From contig OY970358.1 in NCBI GenBank assembly GCA_963718575.1, positions 258,172 to 322,171 on the forward strand: a DNA stretch of 64,000 bases, read 5' to 3'. Position 1 is the first letter of the stretch; the number at the start of each line of letters is the position of its first letter. Made by a program: the position numbers and the translations under genes. This document shows, piece by piece, positions 9,789-18,211 of this stretch. Origin of the DNA: an uncultured bacterium. GTDB taxonomy: Bacteria > Patescibacteriota > Minisyncoccia > UBA6257 > 2-01-FULL-56-20. The notes beneath the pieces were generated by a model. That model saw only the letters and a program-made list of their open reading frames with translations, was not told the DNA's origin and did not search any database.

Positions 9789-10024
9789 TAACACGCCGCA
9801 CCGAAGATTATCCTTTCGGTCTCTGTCTCTAGACCATCCATTGGTGAAAACTTTGCTAAACGCAAACTTACCCCACCTTTTCACCGTGGGTGGATTGCGA
9901 TAGAGTGAAGCGGAGATACTCAAGCGGCGCGCGAGAGATCTTCTGCCGGATCGGGCAGGAGCGGGATCACAAAATCCGGTTCTCGCCGGAAAAAGGTTCT
10001 AACGTCGCGGACGATGGTCCACCG

Positions 10025-10064
10025 CAGAAAGGAAAAGGGCCACGATGCTTTTGCACCATGGCCC
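10025..10064 (-). terminator. Intrinsic terminator for the 10101..10634 gene.
   Basis: On the minus strand, gggccauggugc-aaaa-gcaucguggccc (a 12-bp stem with 2 mismatches) is followed by UUUUCCUUUC. Confidence 0.4.
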
Positions 10065-10100
10065 TCGGTAAAAATGTTTGTCTTTTAAAATTAGATAGAA

Positions 10101-10634
10101 TTAGAATATCACCGTGGGCTGCCGCAAAAGGACCATCCCGGGACGCTTATCCAGCCGGATCATGCCTTTGTTATCGGGCAGATATCCGATCTGCGTATCG
10201 CCATAGTCTGCGGCCGCTTTCGCCCCTTTGCGAATCGCCTTCAGCACGTCAATGACCCATCCTTCGGGAACAAATAGCTCCCTTGGATAGGGTGCCCCGA
10301 TACCGAGGGTAAATGGATTGTGAGGGGGAAATCCCGGATCGGTTTGCTTCGTCGGGACATCGGTGACCATGATGGATTTCCCGCCAACAGAATAGCGGAA
10401 TTTCTTTTCCTTGCTCGGAGGCCTGTTCGGCCGCGCCAATCCGGCAAAGTTACGCACGAGATCCTCCGGCGTCAGGGTGAACTGGTTTCCCGCGAGCAAT
10501 GCCACGCCCGGGACCACACTGCATACTTCCACAAGCTTGCACCATCGCCACATGCTAAGCGGTAGTTCGTATACCCGCGGCATGATCACAATTGGAAAGT
10601 TCGGACGCTCCATATTACCATCCTCCTGCCGCAT
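10101..10634 (-). CDS. Hypothetical protein of about 170 aa.
   Basis: ORF with no recognisable domain. Confidence 0.3.
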   Translation of the reverse strand: MRQEDGNMERPNFPIVIMPRVYELPLSMWRWCKLVEVCSVVPGVALLAGNQFTLTPEDLVRNFAGLARPNRPPSKEKKFRYSVGGKSIMVTDVPTKQTDPGFPPHNPFTLGIGAPYPRELFVPEGWVIDVLKAIRKGAKAAADYGDTQIGYLPDNKGMIRLDKRPGMVLLRQPTVIF

Positions 10635-10752
10635 ATTGCGGCCCTAGCAGAGTTTTACTACTGGCTTAAATGTAGAGCAAAGGTCGTGCGATTGTCAAAA
10701 GAAAAAGCGCACCCCTGGAGGAATGCGCCTGTGCATAAAACACGAAACATTA

Positions 10753-11304
10753 TCAGTAGTCGGGCTGCAAGGAGGCGGGGTTCACCCATACCCCAAAATT
10801 GACGGCGATGGGGTTGGGGTTCGTTCTGAAGATGCAGTAGGCGCCGTTCGCGTGGGAGTCCTCCGAGAGCGTGTACGCCTTGCGTACCGCAAGCGGAACA
10901 GGCGGAAAGGTTTGTACGGATCCAAGGCCGTCCTCGGTGACCGAACCGATGCCGATGAGATTCCCCTTCGTGTTGAATCGGAGCGCGACGCCGCAATTTT
11001 GACCGGTGACGGTGATGCCATCGCCGTCTATCCTCTCTTTACCGACCAGACTCCACGCCAATATGTCGGCTGAAGGTTCCGAGACATCTTCATTCCGTTC
11101 CGGTTGGTATAACGTGTAGAAGTGCCGGCCGTGAACGCTCGAGAAATGCTTCGTGAAAAGCACCTTGATGCTTTGCCCCTGGCCGTCCCCCAGGCGTAAT
11201 TGGAACATATTCTGATACAGCGGGAGAAGAAACACAGGACTGACCGCGGCCACGACGAGCAGACTATACAATCCCACCAAAGCCTTTACCCTTTTTGCTT
11301 GCAT
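10753..11304 (-). CDS. Secreted hypothetical protein with a signal peptide.
   Basis: A GGAGG ribosome-binding site before ATG at 11304. The N-terminus (MQAKRVKALVGLYSLLVVAAVSPVFL) is hydrophobic. Confidence 0.45.
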   Translation of the reverse strand: MQAKRVKALVGLYSLLVVAAVSPVFLLPLYQNMFQLRLGDGQGQSIKVLFTKHFSSVHGRHFYTLYQPERNEDVSEPSADILAWSLVGKERIDGDGITVTGQNCGVALRFNTKGNLIGIGSVTEDGLGSVQTFPPVPLAVRKAYTLSEDSHANGAYCIFRTNPNPIAVNFGVWVNPASLQPDY

Positions 11305-11409
11305 CGTCGATCCTCCTTCAACTTCCAAGAATGGAAGGCTGGAAAAAATTTATCAGATTTTTGGCGATGCGTCAAATAAAGAAAATGGCCGGGCGGAAAA
11401 CAAAATATT

Positions 11410-11775
11410 TTACTTCGGCTCCACCACCACCGCCGTGCCGTATGCCAGGACTTCCGTGACGCCGCGCATGATCTCCGTCGCATCGTAGCGGGCGCCGATG
11501 ACCGCGTTCGCGCCCATCTCCCCCGCATGCTCGAGCATCAGGTCGAACGCATGCTCGCGCGTCTTTTCGCAAAGATTGGTGTAGAGCGTGATGTTGCCGC
11601 CGACGAGCGTCTGGAGGCCGGCGCCGATCGTGCCGAAGATATTTCGCGACCGCACGATGATCCCGCGCGCGACGCCCAGGTTTTTGACGATGCGGTAATT
11701 ATCCAGCTCGAAGCCGGTGGTCACCATGGTATGCTCGACTGCCCGGCTCTGCCCTGCGGTTTGGGTATTGTTCAT
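11410..11775 (-). CDS. YbjQ/UPF0145 (DUF74) family protein.
   Basis: [26 protein letters not shown]...[44 protein letters not shown]...GTAVVV matches the YbjQ pattern. Confidence 0.6.
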   Translation of the reverse strand: MNNTQTAGQSRAVEHTMVTTGFELDNYRIVKNLGVARGIIVRSRNIFGTIGAGLQTLVGGNITLYTNLCEKTREHAFDLMLEHAGEMGANAVIGARYDATEIMRGVTEVLAYGTAVVVEPK

Positions 11776-11827
11776 ATGATAAGCATATACCTCAGCGATA
11801 GCATGAGCAAATTGGTTTCAACACTAT

Positions 11828-11860
11828 AAAAGCCCCGGCACAAACCGGGGCTTTTATTTT
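11828..11860. terminator. Bidirectional intrinsic terminator (agccccgg-cacaaa-ccggggct flanked by A/T runs).
   Basis: An 8-bp GC stem followed by tttt on the plus strand, and preceded by aaaa, which reads as UUUU on the minus strand. Confidence 0.6.
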
Positions 11861-11880
11861 CTTTAGACAAGCTTAATTTT

Positions 11881-12108
11881 CTATGCAACCGCCGGCTCCT
11901 CCGGCAACGCATCGAACTTCCCGTGGAACTCGGTTGTCCACTTGGCCATGTCTTCCGGGGACATCTTGGCGATATCTGCCGCCATCTCGGGGTGAGCTGC
12001 CTGGACGTGCTTCATGCCATCCGCCATCATCTCCTCGACCGTGTTGCCCTTGATAACTCCTGTGCACGTTGCCGGTCCGCCTGCCGCCGGACATGTCATT
12101 TGCTTCAT
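11881..12108 (-). CDS. DUF1059-family small metal-binding protein.
   Basis: MKQMTCPAAGGPATCTGVIKGNTVEEMMADGMKHVQAAHPEM has the DUF1059 layout. Confidence 0.5.
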   Translation of the reverse strand: MKQMTCPAAGGPATCTGVIKGNTVEEMMADGMKHVQAAHPEMAADIAKMSPEDMAKWTTEFHGKFDALPEEPAVA

Positions 12109-12253
12109 ATTGTTGTGTAATATTGTTATTTTTTGTTGGTTCGCTCTCGTTCGACCTGCCCTAAGAATACCATAGTTATTTCATAGTTAAGATAGTTTTA
12201 ATGGCTCTTTTGCTATAGTGCGGTCGGTTCTTTAGAGCCAGAAGGGGTTTCCC

Positions 12254-12745
12254 ATGAAACGATCCGCAACGTTGCTCGTCGCCGTGTGTTTTTGCTTCCT
12301 CACCCTTGCAACTCTCACGCCGAGAGGAGCGGCGCAGGTCAAATATCGTAACCCATTAGCTGGTAGTCCGCCATTCAAAGCATGGATGGATCATTGGCAC
12401 ACCCCCTACGTTACGAATTCCAATGCCCGGTATGACGATGCCTTTATCTCTTCGACATCGCCATATTACTACGACCCAACCTATGGAAGACACCGCGGAA
12501 CAGATTTTGGCGTTTCGACTGGTACTGCCGTTTACGCAGGGGCAGGCGGAACGGTCGCATATAGAAGTAGCGGGCTGCATTTACACTTCGAACTTCGCTA
12601 TGGGTTGGGTTCCGGCGACACCAGTCGAGATCCCTTTGCAGGTAGCTTGACACAATCAACCGAATATTGGAATCAGTACACGCTGATTACTGATCCACTG
12701 AACCCAAGTCATCAGATTCACTATCCAACAACTGCATGCCAATAG
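12254..12745 (+). CDS. Secreted M23-family (LytM-like) metallopeptidase.
   Basis: A signal peptide, plus HRGTDFGVSTGTAVYAGAGGTV...GLHLHFELR, which gives the HxxxD and HxH motifs. Confidence 0.7.
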   Translation: MKRSATLLVAVCFCFLTLATLTPRGAAQVKYRNPLAGSPPFKAWMDHWHTPYVTNSNARYDDAFISSTSPYYYDPTYGRHRGTDFGVSTGTAVYAGAGGTVAYRSSGLHLHFELRYGLGSGDTSRDPFAGSLTQSTEYWNQYTLITDPLNPSHQIHYPTTACQ

Positions 12746-12773
12746 CCAGAAAATAGTACCTTGATGATCTCCT

Positions 12774-12803
12774 CCGGCACTCGAAAGGGTGCCGGATTTT
12801 TTA
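12774..12803 (+). terminator. Intrinsic terminator (ccggcac-ucgaaag-ggugccgg followed by UUUUUUAUU).
   Basis: Seen directly downstream of the M23 peptidase gene. Confidence 0.65.
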
Positions 12804-12835
12804 TTATGTCAAATTTTATTTAATCTTTTTTTAAT

Positions 12836-13402
12836 GTGGACGTGTTATGCTTTTTTGTGGCCATAAAAAAATTACTATTTCTCTATATTCTTCCCGCCAT
12901 GATTCTTGCCGGTGTAATTGGTGATTTCGTCGGGCTACAGTTTCATAACCAACCCGCTCCCACCGATGAAGCATCGCCGGTGCCGCCGGGCTGGTATGCG
13001 CATAATCTGAACATTCCAGACGCAGACCCGCAGATTTTGGATAATGTAGTCCTCACTAAAATAAAAGATCTTCTGCCACCTAAGGATAACGATGCTCCGA
13101 GGACCAATGACGATATCAATATCACTATTACAACTATAACATCCACGCCCGAGCAATATATCGCCAAGGAAGATCTGTCAGGGCCGGATGCCCAAATGTT
13201 GGGCATTCAAGGCACGTGGGGTCAATTCTTTTCCTACAAAACATTTTCAGTTGGTACACTCCTGGAAGGACCGGAAAATGTTTTTATATTTTTCAACGGA
13301 AACAAAGTTGAATCTTTCGACTATAATAACTCTGCGGACGCAATCGATTTTTGGAAAGTCGTTACATACTACGCACAGCATCCGACATACTACGGACAAT
13401 AG
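12836..13402 (+). CDS. Membrane-anchored hypothetical protein with lower GC than its surroundings.
   Basis: An N-terminal transmembrane helix and no recognisable domain. Confidence 0.35.
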   Translation: MDVLCFFVAIKKLLFLYILPAMILAGVIGDFVGLQFHNQPAPTDEASPVPPGWYAHNLNIPDADPQILDNVVLTKIKDLLPPKDNDAPRTNDDINITITTITSTPEQYIAKEDLSGPDAQMLGIQGTWGQFFSYKTFSVGTLLEGPENVFIFFNGNKVESFDYNNSADAIDFWKVVTYYAQHPTYYGQ

Positions 13403-14263
13403 TTACCTCATCCCTTTCCTTAACTCACAGTATTTGCAATCCGGTTCGTGACAGCCTTTGTTCCAGAAACTTAGGTCTAAAATTTCTCGCGCCACATCCA
13501 TCACGAGCTTCTCGAGCACCTTCACTTCGCCCGGCGTGATCTCGAACTCCTCGCGATGCATCTTGCCACGATCGTCGGGCTCGATGAACTGGATGACGCC
13601 GTCCTTCATGTCGCGCTTACCCTCCTTGTCGAGCAAGAGTTTATAGAAGACAAGTTGGCGTTTGTAGTTGCCATCGCTTGATGCGGTGTTGCCTTCGATA
13701 TCGTTGCGCGACTTTGGCTTGCCGGTCTTGTAATCGATCACGCGGACGGACTCGAGCGCGGCGGGATTCGCGCCCGCACCCAGGAATTCTATCCGATCCA
13801 GCTTACCATTGATCAACGTCCCGTCTTCGAGCGGCAACGCCTCGACGCGCGCTTCGTTCACCGCGCGCGGCGACCATGTCGCGTGATATGTGTCGTAGAA
13901 GATCGGCAATGCGCGGCGGCCTTTTTCGAGCGCCTCCTCATACTCGCTTTCTTTGATCGGCTCATGCGCGAGCGATTCCTCGAAGCGCCGGATTAAATAT
14001 TCTTTGCCGCGATCTTCGCCCGGCGTACCGTCGACGCCGCTGCCGCTCAGAGCATCGAAATAACTCTTGAGCGCGGCGTGCACGGCATTGCCGAACGATA
14101 GATTCTTATTCGGCGCCTCCGGGATGCGCACGAGGTTGCGATAGAAATACGCCCACGGGCACTCCAGATAATTGTTGAGTGCCGTCACGGAGATCCCCTG
14201 TGCGCGGAAAAGCTCGTTCAGGAATTCCTTGTCTTCGAGCTCCGGCACGTTCGGATCGTTCAC
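13403..14263 (-). CDS. PD-(D/E)xK nuclease of the Cas4/AddB type with a predicted 4-Cys Fe-S cluster. It has a GTG start overlapping the stop of the upstream helicase (GTGA).
   Basis: An N-terminal Cys (CPWAYFY) plus a C-terminal CHEPDCKYC (Cx4CxxC) cluster. The DYKTGKPK motif and the E/K nuclease core match the RecB/Cas4-family layout. Confidence 0.6.
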   Translation of the reverse strand: MNDPNVPELEDKEFLNELFRAQGISVTALNNYLECPWAYFYRNLVRIPEAPNKNLSFGNAVHAALKSYFDALSGSGVDGTPGEDRGKEYLIRRFEESLAHEPIKESEYEEALEKGRRALPIFYDTYHATWSPRAVNEARVEALPLEDGTLINGKLDRIEFLGAGANPAALESVRVIDYKTGKPKSRNDIEGNTASSDGNYKRQLVFYKLLLDKEGKRDMKDGVIQFIEPDDRGKMHREEFEITPGEVKVLEKLVMDVAREILDLSFWNKGCHEPDCKYCELRKGMR

Positions 14264-16542
14264 ATGCGCCGGCGGGAATTCGATGTCGATGCGATGTTCA
14301 GAAAATCGTTTTCATACGCCGACACGTCAAGCGGTGCCAGGATCTTTTCATCGAGCGCGGCGATGAACTGCGTCGGCAGTTGCTCCTTCGCACCCTGGTC
14401 AGCTTTCGGCATCGTGACAAATACCTCCTTCCGCGCGCGGGTGAGGGCCACATAGAACACATTCCGCTCATCGACGTTGTCGCTCGCGGCCGCCGCGTCC
14501 TCTTCGTCGTCGCCCGCCGCGAGCGCAGGCTCCTGCGCTCCTCTATAGATCTTCGCCGGCAGCTTTATTGATTCCCTGTGCGTGCGCGATCCCCACTTGC
14601 GATCGACCGCATTCGAAATAAAAACGTAATCGAACTCCAATCCCTTCGAGCCGTGCGCGGTCATGAGGCGCACGCGTCCCGGCAGGCGCACGACGTCCTT
14701 GCCGCGGATCGCGATGTCGTGTTCTTCCATCAGGTCGAGGTACGCAAAAAAGTCATCCAGCGTGTAATTTCTTTGCTTCTCTATGAACGATTTCAAAAGA
14801 TCGAACAGCGCATGGAGCTTTGCCAGTTTTTCCGTCGCAGAGGGATGATTGAGCACCGCCTGGATGAACCCGGATTGATAGACGATCATCTCGAACGCCT
14901 CCGCCGCGCCGCGATTCTTGGACGCCCGCCGCCAGTCGGAAAGGTGTGCAAAGAGCGTTTGATAAGCCTGCTTTGAGGCGTCGCTTATTCCTGCGGCATC
15001 CAACCCCGCCGGATACTGCATCACTTCGTACATCTTTCGCCGCTCCCTAAAGGCGTACGCGGAAAGCTTGTACACATCGATCGGCGGGATGCCCAAAAAA
15101 TCCACGTGGAGCGCTTCCGCGAGCCAGACGTCATTGCCAAAATGCTGGACGGCGCGGAGCAGGCGCACCAGTTTTTTTATCTCCTCGTCCCCCAGCACAT
15201 CCTGATTCGACTCTATAGTGAAAGGCACGCCCTGCTTTTCGAGCATCGCCGCGAGCGGGACGACGTCCTTGTTATTGTGATAGAGTACCGCGATCTCCTC
15301 CGGCTTCACGGGCGTTTTGCCGCTCGTCAGCTCTTTTATTTTCCGCGCGATGAAATAATATTCCACGGCGGGCGAGGAAAGCACCGCCAGATGCGCCGGC
15401 GCCTCCGTGTGCGCGGCACGAGCCGCGACCGCATGCCCCGCCTTTGCCACAAGCGCGACCTCCCGCGGCGAGACGCCCTGCGCGGCGTCAAGGATCGCTT
15501 GCGTGGAACGATAATTGTTGCGCAATGTGATCAATACAACATCTTTATAGTGATCGCGGAAGTAGTGGAAGTTCTCGAGCGACGCGCCCTGAAACCGATA
15601 GATCGCCTGCTTCTCGTCGCCCACCACGAAGAGATTGGGCCGGTCAGTCGCGCCGGCGATATATTCTATGATCTTGTTCTGCGCATCATTCGTGTCCTGA
15701 TGCTCGTCCACAAGAAAATGGTCGTATGCGCGCTGGAGCACCTGCGTGAGCTCCGGATCGTGCTCGAGCGCGAGCGCGACATGCATGATCATATCGCTGT
15801 AGTCATATTGCCGCGCGGCGGCGAGCGCCTTTTGATATTCCGCATAGATCAGCGCCACTTCGATGTTCCGCTCCGCCTGTTTGGACGCCGTCACATATTT
15901 CCCCTTCATCTTTCCCTCGAACTTGCCGGACTGGTTCATCAAATCCGGATTCGTATAAAAATCTTTCTTCGCATCCGCGGCGATCGTGCTGAAAAGCTCC
16001 GGCGAGATTCCCTGCTGTTTCAGCTCGTTGATCGCGCCGAGGATGGCGCGCAGATGATAGTAGCGGTCGCCGAACGGACGCAGGTCCTTCAATGGAAGCG
16101 CATCGAGCAATCGCCGCAGGATGCTCACCTGCTCGATCTCGGTGATGCTCGACGCCCCGATGATCGTCGGGAAATGATCGGGGTAGTCGCGGATGATGCG
16201 GTTGGCAAATCCGTGGAACGTGGAGATTTCCACGCGATAGGCGTCGGCGCCGATCAGTTCCACGAGCCGGCGGCGCATCGAGATCGCGCCGGATTCGGTA
16301 AAGGTGAGCGCAAGGATCTTCTCGGGCGCAACTGCATGCTTCGCGCTGCGCGCGTGCGCTGCGGGATCCCCGGTGCTTCGCAATATATGCGCAATGCGCA
16401 TGGTGAGCACCTCCGTCTTCCCCGTCCCCGGACCGGCGACCACCATCACCGGCCCGTCGAGCGTGTCCACCGCCTGCCGCTGTTCGGGGTTGAGCGATGC
16501 ATAGCGTTCTTCAAACATGGCTGACGTTCCGGGCGTTGGCAT
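14260..16542 (-). CDS. UvrD/PcrA-family superfamily 1 DNA helicase.
   Basis: Walker A (AGPGTGKT), motif II (DEHQDT), FVVGDEKQAIYRFQGA, motif VI (VALTRAR) and others. Its 760 aa is a full-length PcrA-like size. Confidence 0.85.
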   Translation of the reverse strand: MPTPGTSAMFEERYASLNPEQRQAVDTLDGPVMVVAGPGTGKTEVLTMRIAHILRSTGDPAAHARSAKHAVAPEKILALTFTESGAISMRRRLVELIGADAYRVEISTFHGFANRIIRDYPDHFPTIIGASSITEIEQVSILRRLLDALPLKDLRPFGDRYYHLRAILGAINELKQQGISPELFSTIAADAKKDFYTNPDLMNQSGKFEGKMKGKYVTASKQAERNIEVALIYAEYQKALAAARQYDYSDMIMHVALALEHDPELTQVLQRAYDHFLVDEHQDTNDAQNKIIEYIAGATDRPNLFVVGDEKQAIYRFQGASLENFHYFRDHYKDVVLITLRNNYRSTQAILDAAQGVSPREVALVAKAGHAVAARAAHTEAPAHLAVLSSPAVEYYFIARKIKELTSGKTPVKPEEIAVLYHNNKDVVPLAAMLEKQGVPFTIESNQDVLGDEEIKKLVRLLRAVQHFGNDVWLAEALHVDFLGIPPIDVYKLSAYAFRERRKMYEVMQYPAGLDAAGISDASKQAYQTLFAHLSDWRRASKNRGAAEAFEMIVYQSGFIQAVLNHPSATEKLAKLHALFDLLKSFIEKQRNYTLDDFFAYLDLMEEHDIAIRGKDVVRLPGRVRLMTAHGSKGLEFDYVFISNAVDRKWGSRTHRESIKLPAKIYRGAQEPALAAGDDEEDAAAASDNVDERNVFYVALTRARKEVFVTMPKADQGAKEQLPTQFIAALDEKILAPLDVSAYENDFLNIASTSNSRRRM

Positions 16543-16644
16543 CCCACAAGCTTACCGCCAAACCGCGTGGCGCTCAACGGGCAAAGCGGCGTGCCGTTAT
16601 CTTGCGAAATCTCGTAAATTTAGGTATACTATGAGACGGTAAAA

Positions 16645-17058
16645 TTGACATCACCCAGAGGAGGATCTACCCCGATGATAAAAACCGCTGACTCCACGAA
16701 CGCGATAATCGTCGTAGTGGAAAGCATGAAGATAGCAGATGGCGTAATCCAGGAGTTTCAAATACCCCCGCATTTAATCGATGAGTTCTATCTGCGCTTG
16801 ATCAATTACTGCGCAGGAAAATCCATCACTTCGATCAACGCGCCCTGCTTCTCGCTGGTCGCTGCAAAAAATTTCGTGCTGGCGGGCGCCATACGTCAGG
16901 CCACTGACAAGATCGAGAGGTTGATACAACGGTACAGCCTCGGAGCCCAAACGGAAAGACCCTTAATCTATCGGAGGCTCCTCTTTATGTTTTCTCAGCA
17001 CTTGGAAGCTTTGGAACCTAAAGAAGAAGAATTGTTACCTCACGCCTGCGCCAAATAG
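16645..17058 (+). CDS. Hypothetical protein. A TTGCGA-17-TATACT promoter lies upstream.
   Basis: ORF with a plausible promoter. It has no known domain. Confidence 0.35.
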   Translation: MTSPRGGSTPMIKTADSTNAIIVVVESMKIADGVIQEFQIPPHLIDEFYLRLINYCAGKSITSINAPCFSLVAAKNFVLAGAIRQATDKIERLIQRYSLGAQTERPLIYRRLLFMFSQHLEALEPKEEELLPHACAK

Positions 17059-17082
17059 ATCCCCCGAACTTCCCCGACACTA

Positions 17083-17117
17083 AAAAGACCCCGATCGCTC
17101 GGGGTCTTTCTTTTTCT
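17083..17117. terminator. Bidirectional intrinsic terminator (gaccccga-tcgc-tcggggtc flanked by A and T runs).
   Basis: aaaaagaccccgatcgctcggggtctttctttttc sits between convergent genes. Confidence 0.65.
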
Positions 17118-17148
17118 CTATTACTTCGCGGCTAGACCGGAGACACTC

Positions 17149-18075
17149 CTAGAACCCGAAGAGGTGCTGGAAGAATCCGCCGATGGCGCCAACGATGCCT
17201 TTGAAGCCAAAGTCGCCGGCACTGCCAAAGCCCTTCATGCCGACCGAGGAAGAAGCACTCGCTCCCTGATCGATGATCGAGGATGCCGTCACCGATGTGC
17301 CGTTCACCACGCCCTGCACGATGACGTTATCGCCCACCGCGATATTGCCGATCGCCGTGCTCGTGCCGTTCTTTACGATCGTGGTGCTTGCCGCGTCGAT
17401 CGAGTACGTGACATTGCTCGCGTTTGTCACGGTGACCGTCGTGCCGCTGATCGCGGTGACATTGCCGCCGATGACCGGTTCGCCGTTCCCCTGGACGATC
17501 GGCGTGCCTGACGGAGTCGAAGAGCCCGCGCCGCGCGGACCAAAGCCCCTGCCCGGCATGCCGGGCATCCTTCCCGCGCCCACGCCGTCACGAATGACGG
17601 TCGCGGTGACGTTTGTTCCGCTCACCGTTCCCTGCACCACCACCATATCGCCCACTGCGATATCCGAGAAAGGAACCGTCGTCGTTGCACCGCCTTTATA
17701 GATCGTCGCGTTGCTCGCGTTCACATTATAGGTGGCCGACGGCGCCGGCGAAGGAGCCGGCATGCTGCTCGTTGCCATATTCACCATCGGCATCGGGCGT
17801 GCCCATGTCTTTGAGGTGACCGTCAATGTATCGCCGCTCTCGTTCACCGCACTCACCGTACCAACGACCGCCGGAGGTACCATCCCGCCTATCGGACCCT
17901 GGTGCCGCACCACACTGCCATTCGCACCATCACGGATGCCTCCCTGCACGTTGACGCCGGGAACGCCTGCGCCCATGCTACCGCTCGTCTGCGCAAACGC
18001 AGGCATAACGACCGCCAAGCTTGAAGCGATTACGATCGCCGCCGCCCACGAGATTGTGTTTATTGCTTTCATCAT
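17149..18075 (-). CDS. Secreted Gly/Thr-rich protein with two internal repeats.
   Basis: A signal peptide, and the block ...GGATTTVPFSDIAVGDMVVVQGTVSGTNVTATVI repeated as ...NGTSTAIGNIAVGDNVIVQGVVNGTSVTASSII. Confidence 0.5.
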   Translation of the reverse strand: MMKAINTISWAAAIVIASSLAVVMPAFAQTSGSMGAGVPGVNVQGGIRDGANGSVVRHQGPIGGMVPPAVVGTVSAVNESGDTLTVTSKTWARPMPMVNMATSSMPAPSPAPSATYNVNASNATIYKGGATTTVPFSDIAVGDMVVVQGTVSGTNVTATVIRDGVGAGRMPGMPGRGFGPRGAGSSTPSGTPIVQGNGEPVIGGNVTAISGTTVTVTNASNVTYSIDAASTTIVKNGTSTAIGNIAVGDNVIVQGVVNGTSVTASSIIDQGASASSSVGMKGFGSAGDFGFKGIVGAIGGFFQHLFGF

Positions 18076-18211
18076 AATTTTAATATTTTTAAAGTATCGT
18101 TATTGTTTATTTATGTGCGCATCGTCCTGCTTCGACCGCCAAGCCCAATGCGCATTCAATATATTGTACGCCCTGCGGGCGCAAAAGGGTTCAGCCGCTA
18201 TCTACTCCGGC

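Noticed and set aside
9900-10030. A tRNA-like T-arm (ccgg-ttctcg-ccgg) with a GGAGAUA 5' segment, considered as tRNA-Ser, tRNA-Leu or tRNA-Sec.
   Set aside because: No complementary 3' acceptor strand or CCA context, and the T-loop has 6 rather than 7 nt. It does not fold as a cloverleaf.
15106-16524. A 472-aa ORF on the plus strand.
   Set aside because: It is antisense to the UvrD helicase gene. The high-GC, Arg-rich composition is typical of spurious shadow ORFs.
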